This document shows, piece by piece, positions 1-11,450 of a stretch of 64,000 nucleotides of DNA. How positions within the stretch are numbered: position 1 is the first letter of the stretch; each line of letters opens with the position of its first letter. The stretch spans positions 82,274,001 to 82,338,000 of the forward strand of contig NC_058374.1 of NCBI RefSeq assembly GCF_018350175.1. The letters run 5' to 3'. Under the pieces are notes generated by a model, which saw only the letters and a program-made list of their open reading frames with translations, did not search any database and was not told where the DNA came from. This DNA comes from Felis catus (taxonomy: Eukaryota). The position numbers and the translations under genes were made by a program.

Positions 1-314
1 TTCCGGGTGATAAGGAGGGAGGCTACCTAAGGACCTTGGAGGCCACATCTGAAGATGGCAGATCCCTATGAGCCCAGGCCCCTGAATGAATGCATGGGAT
101 GGAAGATTAGTGTCCCCTCTGACTAGGAACACATGATCACTTGGGTCATTTTCCATTTGGGGGTCTACTTGTCACAGCACCTAGAGATATGAGGAACTGC
201 TGAGGTAGCACATAAAAGAGTTTTGAAAGCTACAAATGCATGTCACTGGGAGGGACAATGATCACTGCTTCTCCTAGCCCCTTCTCCTGAGCTAAACCAG
301 AACCCATGGCTCAC

Positions 315-464
315 CTCTGCCCTCTGGGTGCTGGGCTGGTGGGCATTGAGGATGGGGGCCACTGGGGGCAGACCCTGGCCAGGAGCCTGTCGCCGGAGCC
401 GTGGGGTCTGGAGACTGTAGGACAGGGTCACCACAATGGCCCGAAGCTTGTCTTTGACATTCTC
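315..464 (-). CDS. ITGA7: Integrin alpha-7 exon (last in window; gene continues leftward)
   Basis: ENVKDKLRAIVVTLSYSLQTPRLRRQAPGQGLPPVAPILNAHQPSTQRAE; 150 nt; donor gag|gtgagc. Confidence 0.95.
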
Positions 465-888
465 CTGTGAAGAGGAAAGATGGACAAGGATACAATCTTC
501 AGGCCCCAACCAGATCTAGGACAGATTTTGAAACCTGGCAAGAAGATTAGGGAGGTGAAGGAGAGAGGTGGAGACCAGAGCAAAGGGGAGGGAAAGCGAC
601 TGGGATGGAAAAGGGAGGAGCCCAGGATCTAGGGCTTTGAGGACCATGTGTGACAGGGGAACCTGCCATCTCCATCTCCAGGGAGGACAGAACTTGTACT
701 CTGGACATAGAAGGCGGAAGACACAAGAAGGCAGCTGGCGAGGAGAAGGTCAGCCTATAAGGGAGGGTTCCCAAAAGCGGAGATCAGAAAATGAGGTGTA
801 AGCATGTTTGGGAAGAAGCTAAGAGGAATCAACAAAAAGAGACCATGCAACGACAATGACTCTCAGAGGCCAAGGGGTCAGTGTCCAC

Positions 889-1058
889 CTGTAGCTGGAA
901 CATGGTGTCTCCACAGACTCGGTCATGCTGGTGCTTCAGCCACACGGTGCCTGAGGCCTGGTGCTTGGGGTCATCTGGGCCACGGCTCAGGAAGGTCACA
1001 CGGGGGACCTGGCCCCGGAGCCTTCGGTCTGTGTCCCCATCTAACACATAATCCAGGG
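889..1058 (-). CDS. ITGA7: Integrin alpha-7 exon
   Basis: ALDYVLDGDTDRRLRGQVPRVTFLSR...VCGDTMFQLQ; 170 nt. Confidence 0.95.
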
Positions 1059-1203
1059 CTATGGTGTGTGGGGAGAGGAGGGGAGCCAGTGAGCTGGAGA
1101 ACTGCTCTAATCTGACCCTATCTCTGAGATGCCTTTCTCTCCACCTCAGAGTGACCCACCCTGAAACCCAAAGGGTGGAAAATGGGAAGGGAACCTCACT
1201 CAC

Positions 1204-1265
1204 CCACAATAGGGCTGTAGCTGCTGGGGGTTGCAATGTAGCTGAAACAGACCCGCAAGTCCACA
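1204..1265 (-). CDS. ITGA7: Integrin alpha-7 exon
   Basis: (C)VDLRVCFSYIATPSSYSPIV; 62 nt; ccacag| ... |gtgagt. Confidence 0.94.
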
Positions 1266-1421
1266 CTGTGGGGGCAAGGGTAGCTCCTGAGCCAGGCAAG
1301 ACCGATGGGCCAACACCTCACTCCTGTCGCAGCCCCAGTCCCCAGCCCCACACTGGGCAGAGGAAGAAAAGGGGAAAATGGACCCTGAATTTTCCCTGCC
1401 TCCCCTTGGATCCCACCTCAC

Positions 1422-1517
1422 CAGACTGAGTGGCCAGCAGCACAGTTAGGCTGTTCTAGATCAATGGCTCGGGGAGCAATGAAGACCTCATGCGACACAT
1501 GAAGGACGGGTCTGGCC
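1422..1517 (-). CDS. ITGA7: Integrin alpha-7 exon (start of thigh domain)
   Basis: ARPVLHVSHEVFIAPRAIDLEQPNCAAGHSV; 96 nt. Confidence 0.95.
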
Positions 1518-1626
1518 CTGTGGAATGAGGAGTTGAGAGCACAAGAAACATGAGACTATGAGGCAGGGAAAGAGAAGAGCTGGCCTTAAGGAGGGAGAGG
1601 CAAAGGCAGAGGAGGGGGCTGATCAC

Positions 1627-1754
1627 CTGAAGAGCACAGCAGTGTCAGCCAAGGAGCCAACCAGTAGGTCTGGGTAATGATTCCCATCCACATCCAGGCC
1701 ACCGGACAGGGAGTAGCCAAAGCTCTTTATGCCCACGGCCTCACCCTCCAGCAC
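1627..1754 (-). CDS. ITGA7: Integrin alpha-7 exon
   Basis: [42 protein letters not shown](R); 128 nt. Confidence 0.95.
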
Positions 1755-1883
1755 CTGCAGGACCAGACCATCAGCTCCCCACCAGCATCACCCCCAGCCT
1801 GCCCCCTGCCTTCTGCTGTTGTGCCCCCTTTATTTCCCCCACACCCATTACCCCCACACCTCATCCCAACGACCCCCTCTTAC

Positions 1884-1972
1884 CTGGGAAGGTTTGATGA
1901 CAACCCCCAGGCTGCTCCCATGGTAGATAAAGACTTTCCCATCCCCATCAAAGGGAGCCCCCACAGCAATAT
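1884..1972 (-). CDS. ITGA7: Integrin alpha-7 exon
   Basis: [30 protein letters not shown]; 89 nt; donor cag|gtaaga. Confidence 0.96.
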
Positions 1973-2335
1973 CTGTGGGTGTGGGAGAAAGGTAATCAGA
2001 CTGGGGCAGGGCAGGAAGATGGGGTCCAGGCCCCAACTTTCCCTCAATCACTCAGTTCCATATAATATGCTTTCTATTTTATTGAGAGGCTACTAAGTCC
2101 CAGGCACCTTACACACATCATCTTTAAGCCTCTTAGCTACTCTCTGCAGATATGACTATCAGAAAGGTTACTTGCCCAATGTCCCAAAGCTGGTAAAATG
2201 ATAAAGCTAAGATGTGAGCCCAGGTTGTTTCTCTCTCAGAGCCCTCAGAAGGCCTCCCCCTTGACCTCTGAGGCACTTCCCCATCCCTGCTCCTGCCCCC
2301 TCCCACCCCTGAGGCTTTCCAGTTCCCAATCACAC

Positions 2336-2529
2336 CTGCAAAGCCATCTTGGTTGAGGTCCCCCAAGACAGCCAGGCTGATCCCGAACATGGAGTCAGGA
2401 GAGCCACAGAGCCGGAGAGGGGAGACCCCAGCCCAGTGACCCCCCTGGTTCATGTACACATACACGGCACCCCCCAGCTCTTCTTGGCGCTCAAAGAAGT
2501 AGGGGGCACCCACTACCAGGTCTGCCCAG
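2336..2529 (-). CDS. ITGA7: Integrin alpha-7 exon (Ca-binding FG-GAP)
   Basis: [25 protein letters not shown]...[10 protein letters not shown]; 194 nt. Confidence 0.96.
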
Positions 2530-2657
2530 CTATGGAGAGAGGGAAATAGTCAGTGTGGCTCCCTCCCCAGCCAGGGGAGTCAGACAGATGCCAGAGGCCC
2601 CTGAGACCTCCTAGACCCAGCCTCCCCCAGGCTGCACTCCCCTGTGCCCACTCTTAC

Positions 2658-2865
2658 CCATCATTATTGAGATCGGCCACAGCCAGTGAGTAGCCAAAGC
2701 CGGAGGTCAGGCGCTCCCCAGACAGCATAACTTCAGGCACCAGGCGACTGGCACTGTCTTTGCGCAGAATGACCACAGCACCCTTGTGGTTGGCACGGGG
2801 GGCCCCTGCCACAAAGCTCAGCTCTTCTGCACGCACCAGACCCTTCCCCGAGTCGATGGAGAAAC
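2658..2865 (-). CDS. ITGA7: Integrin alpha-7 exon (beta-propeller)
   Basis: FSIDSGKGLVRAEELSFVAGAPRANHKG...FGYSLAVADLNNDG; cag| ... |gtaaga; 208 nt. Confidence 0.96.
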
Positions 2866-3713
2866 CTGGGTGGGGTGGCTTACCAGTGAGCACTCCCCAA
2901 AAGATTTAGGAGCCAGGGTGTGTCCAAGCTCCCTCCACTTTGCCCCCTCCTCACAGGTCCGGAGCCAAAAGGTAGAGGTGCCCTCCAAGTTATCAGCACC
3001 ACAGCCGGACTGCTCTACCTCCCCCTCCAGAGCCCTGGAAGCCCTCCCACACCCAGAGGCTGGAGTTTGGCACAAGAAGTGCGATGAGATCAGCCTTGGG
3101 GACTGGGGAGGAAAGACAAAGGCAATGACTAGGAAGTCCAGCCAGCTGGGCAGGAGCTGAGCAGGGCACCACGCGTAAAGTTCCCAGGGAACGTCTCCCC
3201 TCTGCACACCCAGGTGGCCCCAGTCCCATCCAATGCACCTTCTTTTCCCCCACTCCCAACGCACTCACAGGGAGAGGAAGTCTTCATGTGGACAGAGGGG
3301 AGCCAAAGGGGAGTGGGAAAGAACTTGGTTCACCCAAACATCTCCCAGGCCTCGTTTCCTCCCCCTCTGCAGAGGGATGCAGTTGAGACAAGGAGAGGGA
3401 CTTACCAACAAGGCTAGGGTTTTCTCGGGCATGTGCCCACCGTCCACCCTTCAGAGAAAGTCCCACTAAAGCTCCACCCTCCTTCTTTCCCAGTACGGTC
3501 TCAGCCCACCTGGTTCTTCCTCCATAGAGACCCCAGGTCACATCCCCCTAGGCCATCCCCCTGGGGGCATCTTCTCAGGCCTGGTCACCGCGCCCAGCTC
3601 TTCTCTGAAATGTGGGCCCAACATGGATTTCCCTGGGTGTATGTTGGTGAGGGCAGGGCAGGAGAGGAGGGGAGGCCAGGCCAAGCCCCCAGGGCCCAGG
3701 GAAGCTTACAAAC

Positions 3714-3833
3714 CTAAGTAGCTATTCAGGGCCAAGTCTCCGGCTGGTCCTGGGAGCCGGTCAGCGGGGTCCAAAGTTTTATACACCAGCTGGTCAGGGT
3801 CTGAGCTATCAATGTTGGTCACAAAGAGCAACC
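3714..3833 (-). CDS. ITGA7: Integrin alpha-7 alternative exon X2
   Basis: LLFVTNIDSSDPDQLVYKTLDPADRLPGPAGDLALNSYLG; 120 nt, phase 1-1; known to be mutually exclusive with X1. Confidence 0.94.
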
Positions 3834-4125
3834 CTGCGGGGGGGCAGGTAGGGGGAGACACCAGGGAAGGGACATCCAGAGGAGGGGCCACAGAGTGGGG
3901 AGACAGAGTCAGACATAAAGGCAAGAAGAAGGAGGTACAAGAGGAAGAGGTGGAGAATATGAAAGAGACAAAGAGGCCAGAGAGATAAGAATCAGAAACA
4001 GAAAGACAGAGAGAGACAGGGTGAAAGCCAGAGACAAAGACACAGAAGGATGGGAGCATGGAGAGGGATGACAAGAGAGAGGAGCAGAGGGTTAGAGCAG
4101 CTCTGGGCCAGGGAGGGGTCCCTAC

Positions 4126-4257
4126 CAAAGTAGCTGTTGGCAGGGACCGGGATGAGGCGGGGGTCCTGCTCCTTCTCACCCCCCGCCTCGTAGGGCCCGT
4201 CGTCCAGGTGCACCAGGTCCGCCGAGCCCTGCACACAGAGCTCCACCCTGGCGGTGC
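4126..4257 (-). CDS. ITGA7: Integrin alpha-7 alternative exon X1
   Basis: TARVELCVQGSADLVHLDDGPYEAGGEKEQDPRLIPVPANSYFG; 132 nt, phase 1-1. Confidence 0.94.
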
Positions 4258-4737
4258 CTGCAAGGACAGACCCATTAGTGCTCCGGGACAGGGAGCTAGG
4301 AGCACCTCTCAGGCCAGATGCCAGTTAGACAGGCACACGGGAACACCCCTGGTCTCCCATGCAGCCCTGTCTCTACCCCTTCCCCAGCCCAAGCTTCCTG
4401 GCCCCACAGACTTGCTGTCCCACTCACCAAGTGTCAGCTCGGCCAGCGGCAACGTGCGGACACGGGGATGGGGGTGATGAGGTTGGGGAGTGAGCAGGCC
4501 CAGCCGTGCACGTGGGGGTTCATGCCAGCATGGTGAGGAACACTCGGCCATTCGAAGGACAGGAGACGCCCCCATTTGTGTGTGTGCTGGCACGATGGGG
4601 GTGGGAGATGTGCCAGTGCCCCAGGGCTACGTGGTGGTGAATGTGTGGGCATGCTCGGCCACGTGCTGCTCCCAATCCCATTGCTGAGGTAAGAGGCCAT
4701 TTTGGTTCCCTTCTCCCCTCCCCAAGGAGTGACTCAC

Positions 4738-4993
4738 CCTTCCAGTTATAGGTTCCCGGGGCCCCAAAGAGGAGGTAGTGGCTGTCAGGGGAGAAGGCGG
4801 CAGCTGTGCCCTGCTGGCAGAACCCAAATTGTTCATGGCCTTGGGGGCGACCCTCACAGAACTTCCATTCCCCGCCATCCAATTCATCACGGACGGCCAG
4901 GTCTTGGCTTAGCACAAAGCAACGACCGATCACATCCCTGGTCTCCAGGATCTGGTCTACTCGCTGCCGTGCCTCATACCGGTGTGCACAGGT
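4738..4993 (-). CDS. ITGA7: Integrin alpha-7 exon 4
   Basis: TCAHRYEARQ...YLLFGAPGTYNWKG (FG-GAP repeat); ccacag| ... |gtgagt; 256 nt. Confidence 0.96.
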
Positions 4994-5569
4994 CTGTGGG
5001 AGGAAGGGATGTGGGGTCATCCACTGTGTGGGCCAATCACCCACGAGAGCCACGCAGCCCGCATGCAGACGTGTGGCAGGCACGGTTTCGTGAGCACACA
5101 CACATGCACACAGATACACACATCATGTGAGCACCGCCACTCAGCTCAGTGGTAGGCAATATATACGTAACTATCCCACTTGTGCCCACTCGCTTGTCCC
5201 AGAAGGGAAGAAGCCTTGTTCCACATTCTGCCCGGGCACCCGCAGGTACAACTAAGCCAGCACACAGCACTCTGCCTCTTTGACCATGCCATATGTGCCT
5301 GTCCCCAACACGCCAAGCTGGTCCTGTCTCTACACTTTGGTAAGTGCCACCACTTTGCAAAGAACTTCCTCCCCTCTCTGCTCCTGACATGTTGCTCATT
5401 CTGGAAAGGTTGCCTAAGATCTCTGCCACCTGCAGGAGTCTTTTCTGTCCACTCTTCTTTGGACTTTCACACAGTGACCGTACCCCTCACTTAACATTAA
5501 CCATATTCTGCCCCACAGTGGCTTAATTGTGCATCTGCGTGTCAGTGATGGTACAGAGAGAAACACGCA

Positions 5570-5607
5570 AGAAAAAGAAAAAGAAAAAGAAAAAGAAAAA
5601 GAAAAAG
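5570..5607. repeat. (GAAAAA)n microsatellite
   Basis: About 6 hexamer units. Confidence 0.9.
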
Positions 5608-5746
5608 AGAGAAGGAGCGTCTCGAGAACTATGTGGTAGGCTCTTTGCGCCATGGACCAGGCTTTTCCTTGTCTTTACGTTTCCTCTCTTAGTAGCTAGC
5701 ACAACACCTGATGCTTAAAACGTTCTCAGTAAGAGTTTGACAAATG

Positions 5747-5791
<45 letters not shown>
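5747..5791. repeat. (GATA)n microsatellite
   Basis: About 11 perfect units. Confidence 0.95.
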
Positions 5792-5820
5792 CTGGCTTTA
5801 AATTATAAGGACAGGGACCA

Positions 5821-6010
5821 GGGGTACCTGGGTGGCTCAGTCAGTTGAGCATCCAACTCTTGATCTGGGCTCAAATCATGATCTCAGGGTCATGGGTTTG
5901 AGCCCTGAGTTGGCCTACTTAAGATTCTCTCTCTTTCTCTCCCTGTGCCCCTCTCCCCGGCTCACACTCACTCTCTCTCTCTCTAAAAGTAAAAATAAAA
6001 TAAAATAAAA
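5821..6010 (+). mobile_element. Can-SINE with TSD
   Basis: GGGGTACCTGGGTGGCTCAG head, CT tract, (TAAAA)n tail; TSD ATAAGGACAG(G/A)GACCA at 5805-5820 and 6011-6026. Confidence 0.85.
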
Positions 6011-6182
6011 ATAAGGACAGAGACCATGTCTTATACCTTTTTTCTATCTCTCTGAGGTCCTGGGAATTAGGCCATCATACTACATGCCAGCCTGTGTTCT
6101 ATAAACACACCTGTGCACATGCACACCGTATACACACTCACACACCCCACCCTTGCATACGGTCACAAGGAGTGGTACTCAC

Positions 6183-6262
6183 GACAATCTTGCCTCCAGG
6201 CCCCTGGCTCCGAACACTGACTCCCAACCACTGGTTCTCCTTGCTTTCTTTCTGCACATCAG
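6183..6262 (-). CDS. ITGA7: Integrin alpha-7 exon 3
   Basis: ADVQKESKENQWLGVSVRSQGPGGKIV; ctccag| ... |gtgagt; 80 nt. Confidence 0.96.
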
Positions 6263-6363
6263 CTGGAGGCAGGACACTGGGAATAAGGAGAGGGAAGAGG
6301 AGGCCAAGTCCTCTCCTCCCCTTCATGCGCTGCACCCCCTCCCCACCCCTACAGGGACCACAC

Positions 6364-6491
6364 CTCCACGGTCGATGTCCACTCTGTAGCAGTCAGTCTC
6401 TTCCAGGCTCAGGGGACAAGCGAAGAGGCCTCCAGTGCGATTCGCCTGCTGCCCAGGCAAAGCCAGGGCCTGCGGAGCACCCACCAGCAGC
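6364..6491 (-). CDS. ITGA7: Integrin alpha-7 exon 2
   Basis: LLVGAPQALALPGQQANRTGGLFACPLSLEETDCYRVDIDRG; acceptor gtgcag|, donor |gtgtgg; 128 nt; phases fit exons 1 and 3. Confidence 0.96.
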
Positions 6492-8611
6492 CTGCACAAC
6501 GGGACAGGAGCAGGAGTTAGCAGACAGAACGCTGTGCCTCCCCAGGGCTGCCCAGGCCCGACCCCTCAGAACCAAGCCGAGTGTGGAGAACTAAGGAGTA
6601 GGGCCAGAAGTCAGTTTCCCCAAGTCTGGCGAGGACAAATTAATATACTTGGCCATGCAATCATCACATCACACACACACATACTATCTGGATGAGGGGC
6701 CACATGCACTGTAGATACACACACGTGCGCATGTGCCAAACAAAGCAGCCTGGCCAGAGCTGCTAGTTTGAAAGAACCGCCTGTTCCCAGCACCTGTTCC
6801 TGACCAGGCCTTCCCTACCCACTTCCTGGCCCCATCCCCAAGCTCTACCCTCCTCGCCAAACCCAGTCCAGTTAGAACCCTCCCAGAAATGCCAAGAATG
6901 CTGAGAGCAGAAGCAACAGGAGCCCACACTGGTACCACAAGGTGGCCCAGGGAGCAGCCTCAGAGGCCGAGCAAGAGGCTAGATATGGGCCTGTTCCCCC
7001 ACGCTTCATCCGGGGCCCACCAAAGACCCCACCCCACCCCCAGCAACCCTGCCAACCCCAGATTCCGTCAGACAGCTGGCCTGGAGGTAGGGGCCAGTTT
7101 CTCCTCTGTCTCCAATCCTACCCCCATTTTCTGCCCCTGTCCTGAATCCCCCTTCCCCATTGTTCCTCCTCCTCCCCACATCCATGATTTTCCCCATTCC
7201 TCTCACCCTCCCTGCCCCCACCCTGTCCTCTCTCCTACCTCCCCCTCAGACGCTTTCCCAGCTACAACTTTCTTGGCAGGACAATTTTCCATGATCACAG
7301 CCAAGGTTTTTTTCCCCAGGGGAGGACTGTGCTGGGAATGAAGGCTGCCTGGGTCCCCTGGGGCTGAACCCCAGGCCAGGAGTGAAGGAAGGGGTAAGGT
7401 GAGGTGACTGGCACCCAGCTGACTACAAGGATCTCTCTTCACAGAAGGAGAGACTCAAAAGTGGAAGCAGGGAAACCTCGAGGCCTCTCTCCCACATTCT
7501 TCCTCCATTTCCCTTGCTGGGGATGAGGCCCAAAGTGGTGTCGGGCAATATTGCAGACAGGCATCTATGGGGCACTGTGCCAGTCCTGAGGGGGAGGGGA
7601 GGGCACAGAGCCACACTCCCTTCCCACAGCTCTAGTCTCTTAGCAGCTGTCATCCCGCGTCAGAGCCAGTGTCCAGAGTGAGGAGGGGGCAGGGAGTGGC
7701 AAGGAAGACAGCGTGCATTCGGCATTCATCAACAGCTATGTATTGAGAACTTAGCATCTGCCAAGCCTTGTGTCAGGCACTGGTGAGACAAGGAAGTAGT
7801 ATTTCTTCAGCACCTACTATGGGCAAGGCCCTAGGCTAGATGCCAAGGATATGAGGAACGAACATTTGTCACCCTCTACCTAGGTTGCAGACATCAGGCT
7901 GGGCAAGTTACATGCATTCTCTCTTTTAAGCATCACAGCAATCCTATATGAGGGTTCCTTTCTCGTCTTTCAGAGGAGGAGACTCACTCACATACATTAA
8001 GTACGATGCTGGAATTCAAATCCACATCTGCCTAACTCCAAAACCCATGCCTTTTCCACCATAGCCAATGATGGGCCATCTCCAGAACACTGAGACCACT
8101 CCAGAGAAAGAACAGGAGGAAGGGGAGGGGAGGGTACCCTGCACAAAAAAGGAAATGACACGGCCAACCTTCCAACAAGTCCGCAGTACCCCCCGCCCCA
8201 TCACCAAACTCAGAGACGGCCCTGTCTTGGAGGACTGGGGCTATCTTACTCATCTCTGCACTTGCCCCATAGGAGGCATGTGGATGCATTTGTTGAACGC
8301 ACACGTTGTGTGGACTCCCAGAGACACCCAGTGCCTCAGCTGGTCAACACATAGCTAAGAACCAGAAGAAGCTAATATCAGTGTTTAGTGTTCACTTCTC
8401 CCCTAGAGGTCTAAGTGGGGAGGAGGATGGAGGGAAGAGGTCCATATGGAAGAAAGAGGCTTGTGCACATACATGCGGCCAGCCTCACTCTCAGTGGAGA
8501 ACAGACCAGCCCACCCAACCTGGGAACAAGAGTTCCCACACACAGCCTCTCTAGTCCCTCCACCTCTGCCCTAGCCACACCCTTTTCTGGCTTCATCCCA
8601 CAGTCCCCGGC

Positions 8612-8772
8612 CACCCCAGGTCTCTGGACACTGACTCCCAACCACTGGTTCTCAGCCACAGCTGTACCCATTGCAGACAAAAGCAAGAACACCTTGGCAG
8701 CTGGGGGCAGAGGGATTCCCCAGGAGCCTGGCCAAGTAGAAGCAAAGGAGTAGCCCACTACCACCACACCTC
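8612..8772 (-). pseudogene. Degenerate, rearranged copy of ITGA7 exon 3 (pseudo-exon) in intron 1
   Basis: 8628-8653 is identical (26 nt) to 6214-6239 and encodes ENQWLGVSV; acceptor-like ctgcccccag|CTG at 8701/8700 mirrors the real ctgcctccag|CTG. Confidence 0.75.
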
Positions 8773-10105
8773 TCAATTCTGCACACACTCCAGGGCTCTG
8801 ACCCAAGGCCTGCCCTCTCTGACTCTCTCAAACTGGGTGGCCCTCTGGGGGGAGAGGGGGGGTGCTTGGCCCAAAAGTTGACTCAGCCGGGGTGATCTGG
8901 CCAAGCCTTTGGATCCAGGTTTGCAGTAAGGCACTAAAGCTATTCTCTAGCTCTGTGGATCATGATACAGGAATAACAGTAACAGGAATAACACTTTCAC
9001 AGCATTCCCTGTGGACTTTGCGCTATTCTAAGGGTTTTATACATACTAAGAACTCTTAATCCCCACAAAAACTCTATCTGGTAGTCCTACGGTTGAACTC
9101 CAGTTTACAGCTGAAAGATATAAATGAGGCTGAAACCACAGAGCCAAGAAGGTTAGACTTCAAAGTCTCATCCAGGGGCAAGACTGAAAGACATCACAAT
9201 GGGTGAAGCCTTTCAATCGGTGGGTGCTGGTGAAGGCAAACTGAAACTCAAAAGCTAGGGACTGAGCAAGGTACCTGGTCTCTCACGTGCCACCAGGCAG
9301 CAGAGCACCCCTTGCTGGAACCAAAGCAGGGTTAGACAGTCAGGCTCCTCTGGGAGTGCCCCCAGTTTGGCTCTGGGAGACAGAGTCAAGGGGCCACCTT
9401 CAGAGAGGAGGGGGAAATGACAAGAGACCAAGCTATTAAAAATAACTTAGAATTTGCCTGGAAATAGCTCAGAGAGTTCAGCATGTCCTAAAAAGGCCTC
9501 CAGTCCTGGAACTCTGGCCGATGGGGGAAGAAGGGAGGGAGAGACAAGATGAGGTAGGAAGCAGATAGAAGGCTGAAGAGATGAAGTCAGTTGCTTTCTA
9601 TCTCTCCCAAAGGGTGGGGGACCACTGACCATGCTCCCTGATGACAGGGATAATGGAAGAAGATTAGAGCTAGCCCCTCCTTCCCAAGCTGGGGAAGAGA
9701 AATGAGCTCCCGTCCCTACCCTCTGCCCCCAAGCAAACACTATCCAGGAGAAGACAATCCCAGTGGACAGCATTGATCCCAGTAATGGACACTTAGTGTG
9801 GCTTAGGCTCTGGCCTAGGAAAGAAAAGCCCCCTGGCAGGAGGGGGTGGGAAGCTTTCTTCCTCTTGTCTCTCTTCTTAAAATCATACATGTAGCTGGAG
9901 CCAATAGGATATGAAACATGACAGACATAGGCCCCACACATGTGTCCATCTCCCAATGAGTCCTGAACTGAATAGGAAATAACTAGAATTGTACTCTGCC
10001 CCTCACTCCTCTCTGCCTTCCCCCACTACTGGGATTCCTAGACCTGGAAATTTCCTGAGGAGGAGGAAGGGGAGCACGAGCCTGGCCAGCATCCTTCTTG
10101 AGTCT

Positions 10106-10123
10106 CTGTCGCTGTCGCTGTCG

Positions 10124-10155
<32 letters not shown>
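10106..10155. repeat. Compound (CTGTCG)n(CTG)n repeat in ITGA7 intron 1
   Basis: ctgtcgctgtcgctgtcgctgttg followed by about 8 CTG units. Confidence 0.9.
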
Positions 10156-10699
10156 ACAACTTTTGGGGTCTCTGTTTTCTGCTCCATAATCAAACCACCT
10201 AGTACAGGCTGCCCTGTACCCTCCCAGGTCCTCTCCCAGCCTCATATTCTTGAGCCACAGAAATAAATGGCAGGTCTCCCCTGGTCTCCAGTGTCCTGCT
10301 GTCTTAATTCCATCCCATGGCAATGTTCTCACAGGAACTTATGTCTGGAGTCTAACCCTCCATCCTTCCCAGGGTGTCTTCAACCTCTCTGCCCTTTCCC
10401 TCTCCTCCTGCCCTAAGCAGAGACAAGACGTTCAGTCCCTCTTCCTGAGGAAATTCAGCCCTCTGACGGAGGGGAGTCACAGACCCTGGGACTGGAGCAA
10501 GGATGCAAGTTGGGGGGAAAACAAAAGGAGATCGTTCCCTGCCAAGACAAGAACCTCTCTCTCCCAACTCATCCCCAAAGCAAGACCCTCGGGGTCTCAG
10601 AGCCTGAGGGTACGCCTCCAGACCCAAGACAGATGAGGCAAGGTTGGAGTGTGGGGTATCTGTGGACAGCCTGAGTCGTCGTGGGGTTGGAAGACTGAG

Positions 10700-11450
10700 A
10701 GATGGGATGGGGGTTGGGGGAAATCTGTGGCTCGGGCACGGGGATTCTGGGCGGGTGCGGTGACTCACCAGCTCTGGGGTCGGGGCTGCAACTGCCGGTG
10801 CAGAGCCACAGAGAAGCCGAAGAGGCTACCCGGCTCGCCCTCCTTGCGCAGGGCGCCCATCACGTCCAGATTGAAGGCGACAGCCCCCGGGCAGAGCAGT
10901 CCGGCCAGCAGGGAGCCAAGAAGGTAACAAATCCCGGGGGGGCCCCGAGGACCACGGCCCGGAGTCCCGGCCATGCGGCGAACCTTGCGCGCGCTTCCCA
11001 CGAGCGCAGGAAAACTCGCTCGCGCCCCAAGCTCCAGGTCTCCCACGGCGAGCCTCTGGTCTCGCGTCTCGCAGATCTTTCAGGGGTCTCGCAATCTCTC
11101 GCCTCGCCCCCCTCTCCCGCCGCCCCGCCGCCCCGCCGCCCCGCCGCCCCAGCACCCCTCCAGGGCAACTGCAGCGGCCGCAGCCCAAGGGTAAGCCCGA
11201 GCTCCCGCCTCCGCTCCCAGGGGCGCCGCCCCGCACCCCGGCTCCGCCCTCGGCCCCGCCCTTCGCCCGCGCGGCAGGTGGAGGCTTCGCTGCGCCGCAA
11301 AGGGATGCCCAGGCTGGCGACTCCGGGTAGGAACGGGCCTGGCTCGGCGGGATCCCCACCCCAGCTTCGGCCCCGCCCCAGCCTGCGCGCTCCTGCCCTT
11401 CCCCCACTCCAGCCCAAACCCGCGAGTGGTGCGGGCGGCGCCTGGGAATG
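10700..11450. promoter_or_regulatory. ITGA7: CpG island / GC-box promoter of ITGA7
   Basis: Very high GC and CpG density with several CCCCGCCC (Sp1-type) boxes spanning and upstream of exon 1. Confidence 0.85.
10769..10974 (-). CDS. ITGA7: Integrin alpha-7, coding exon 1 (signal peptide and FNLD mature N-terminus)
   Basis: ATG at 10974; MAGTPGRG...GAVA|FNLDVMGALRKEGEPGSLFGFSVALHRQLQPRPQS(W); donor TG|GTGAGT; 206 nt; lies in a CpG island. Confidence 0.96.
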
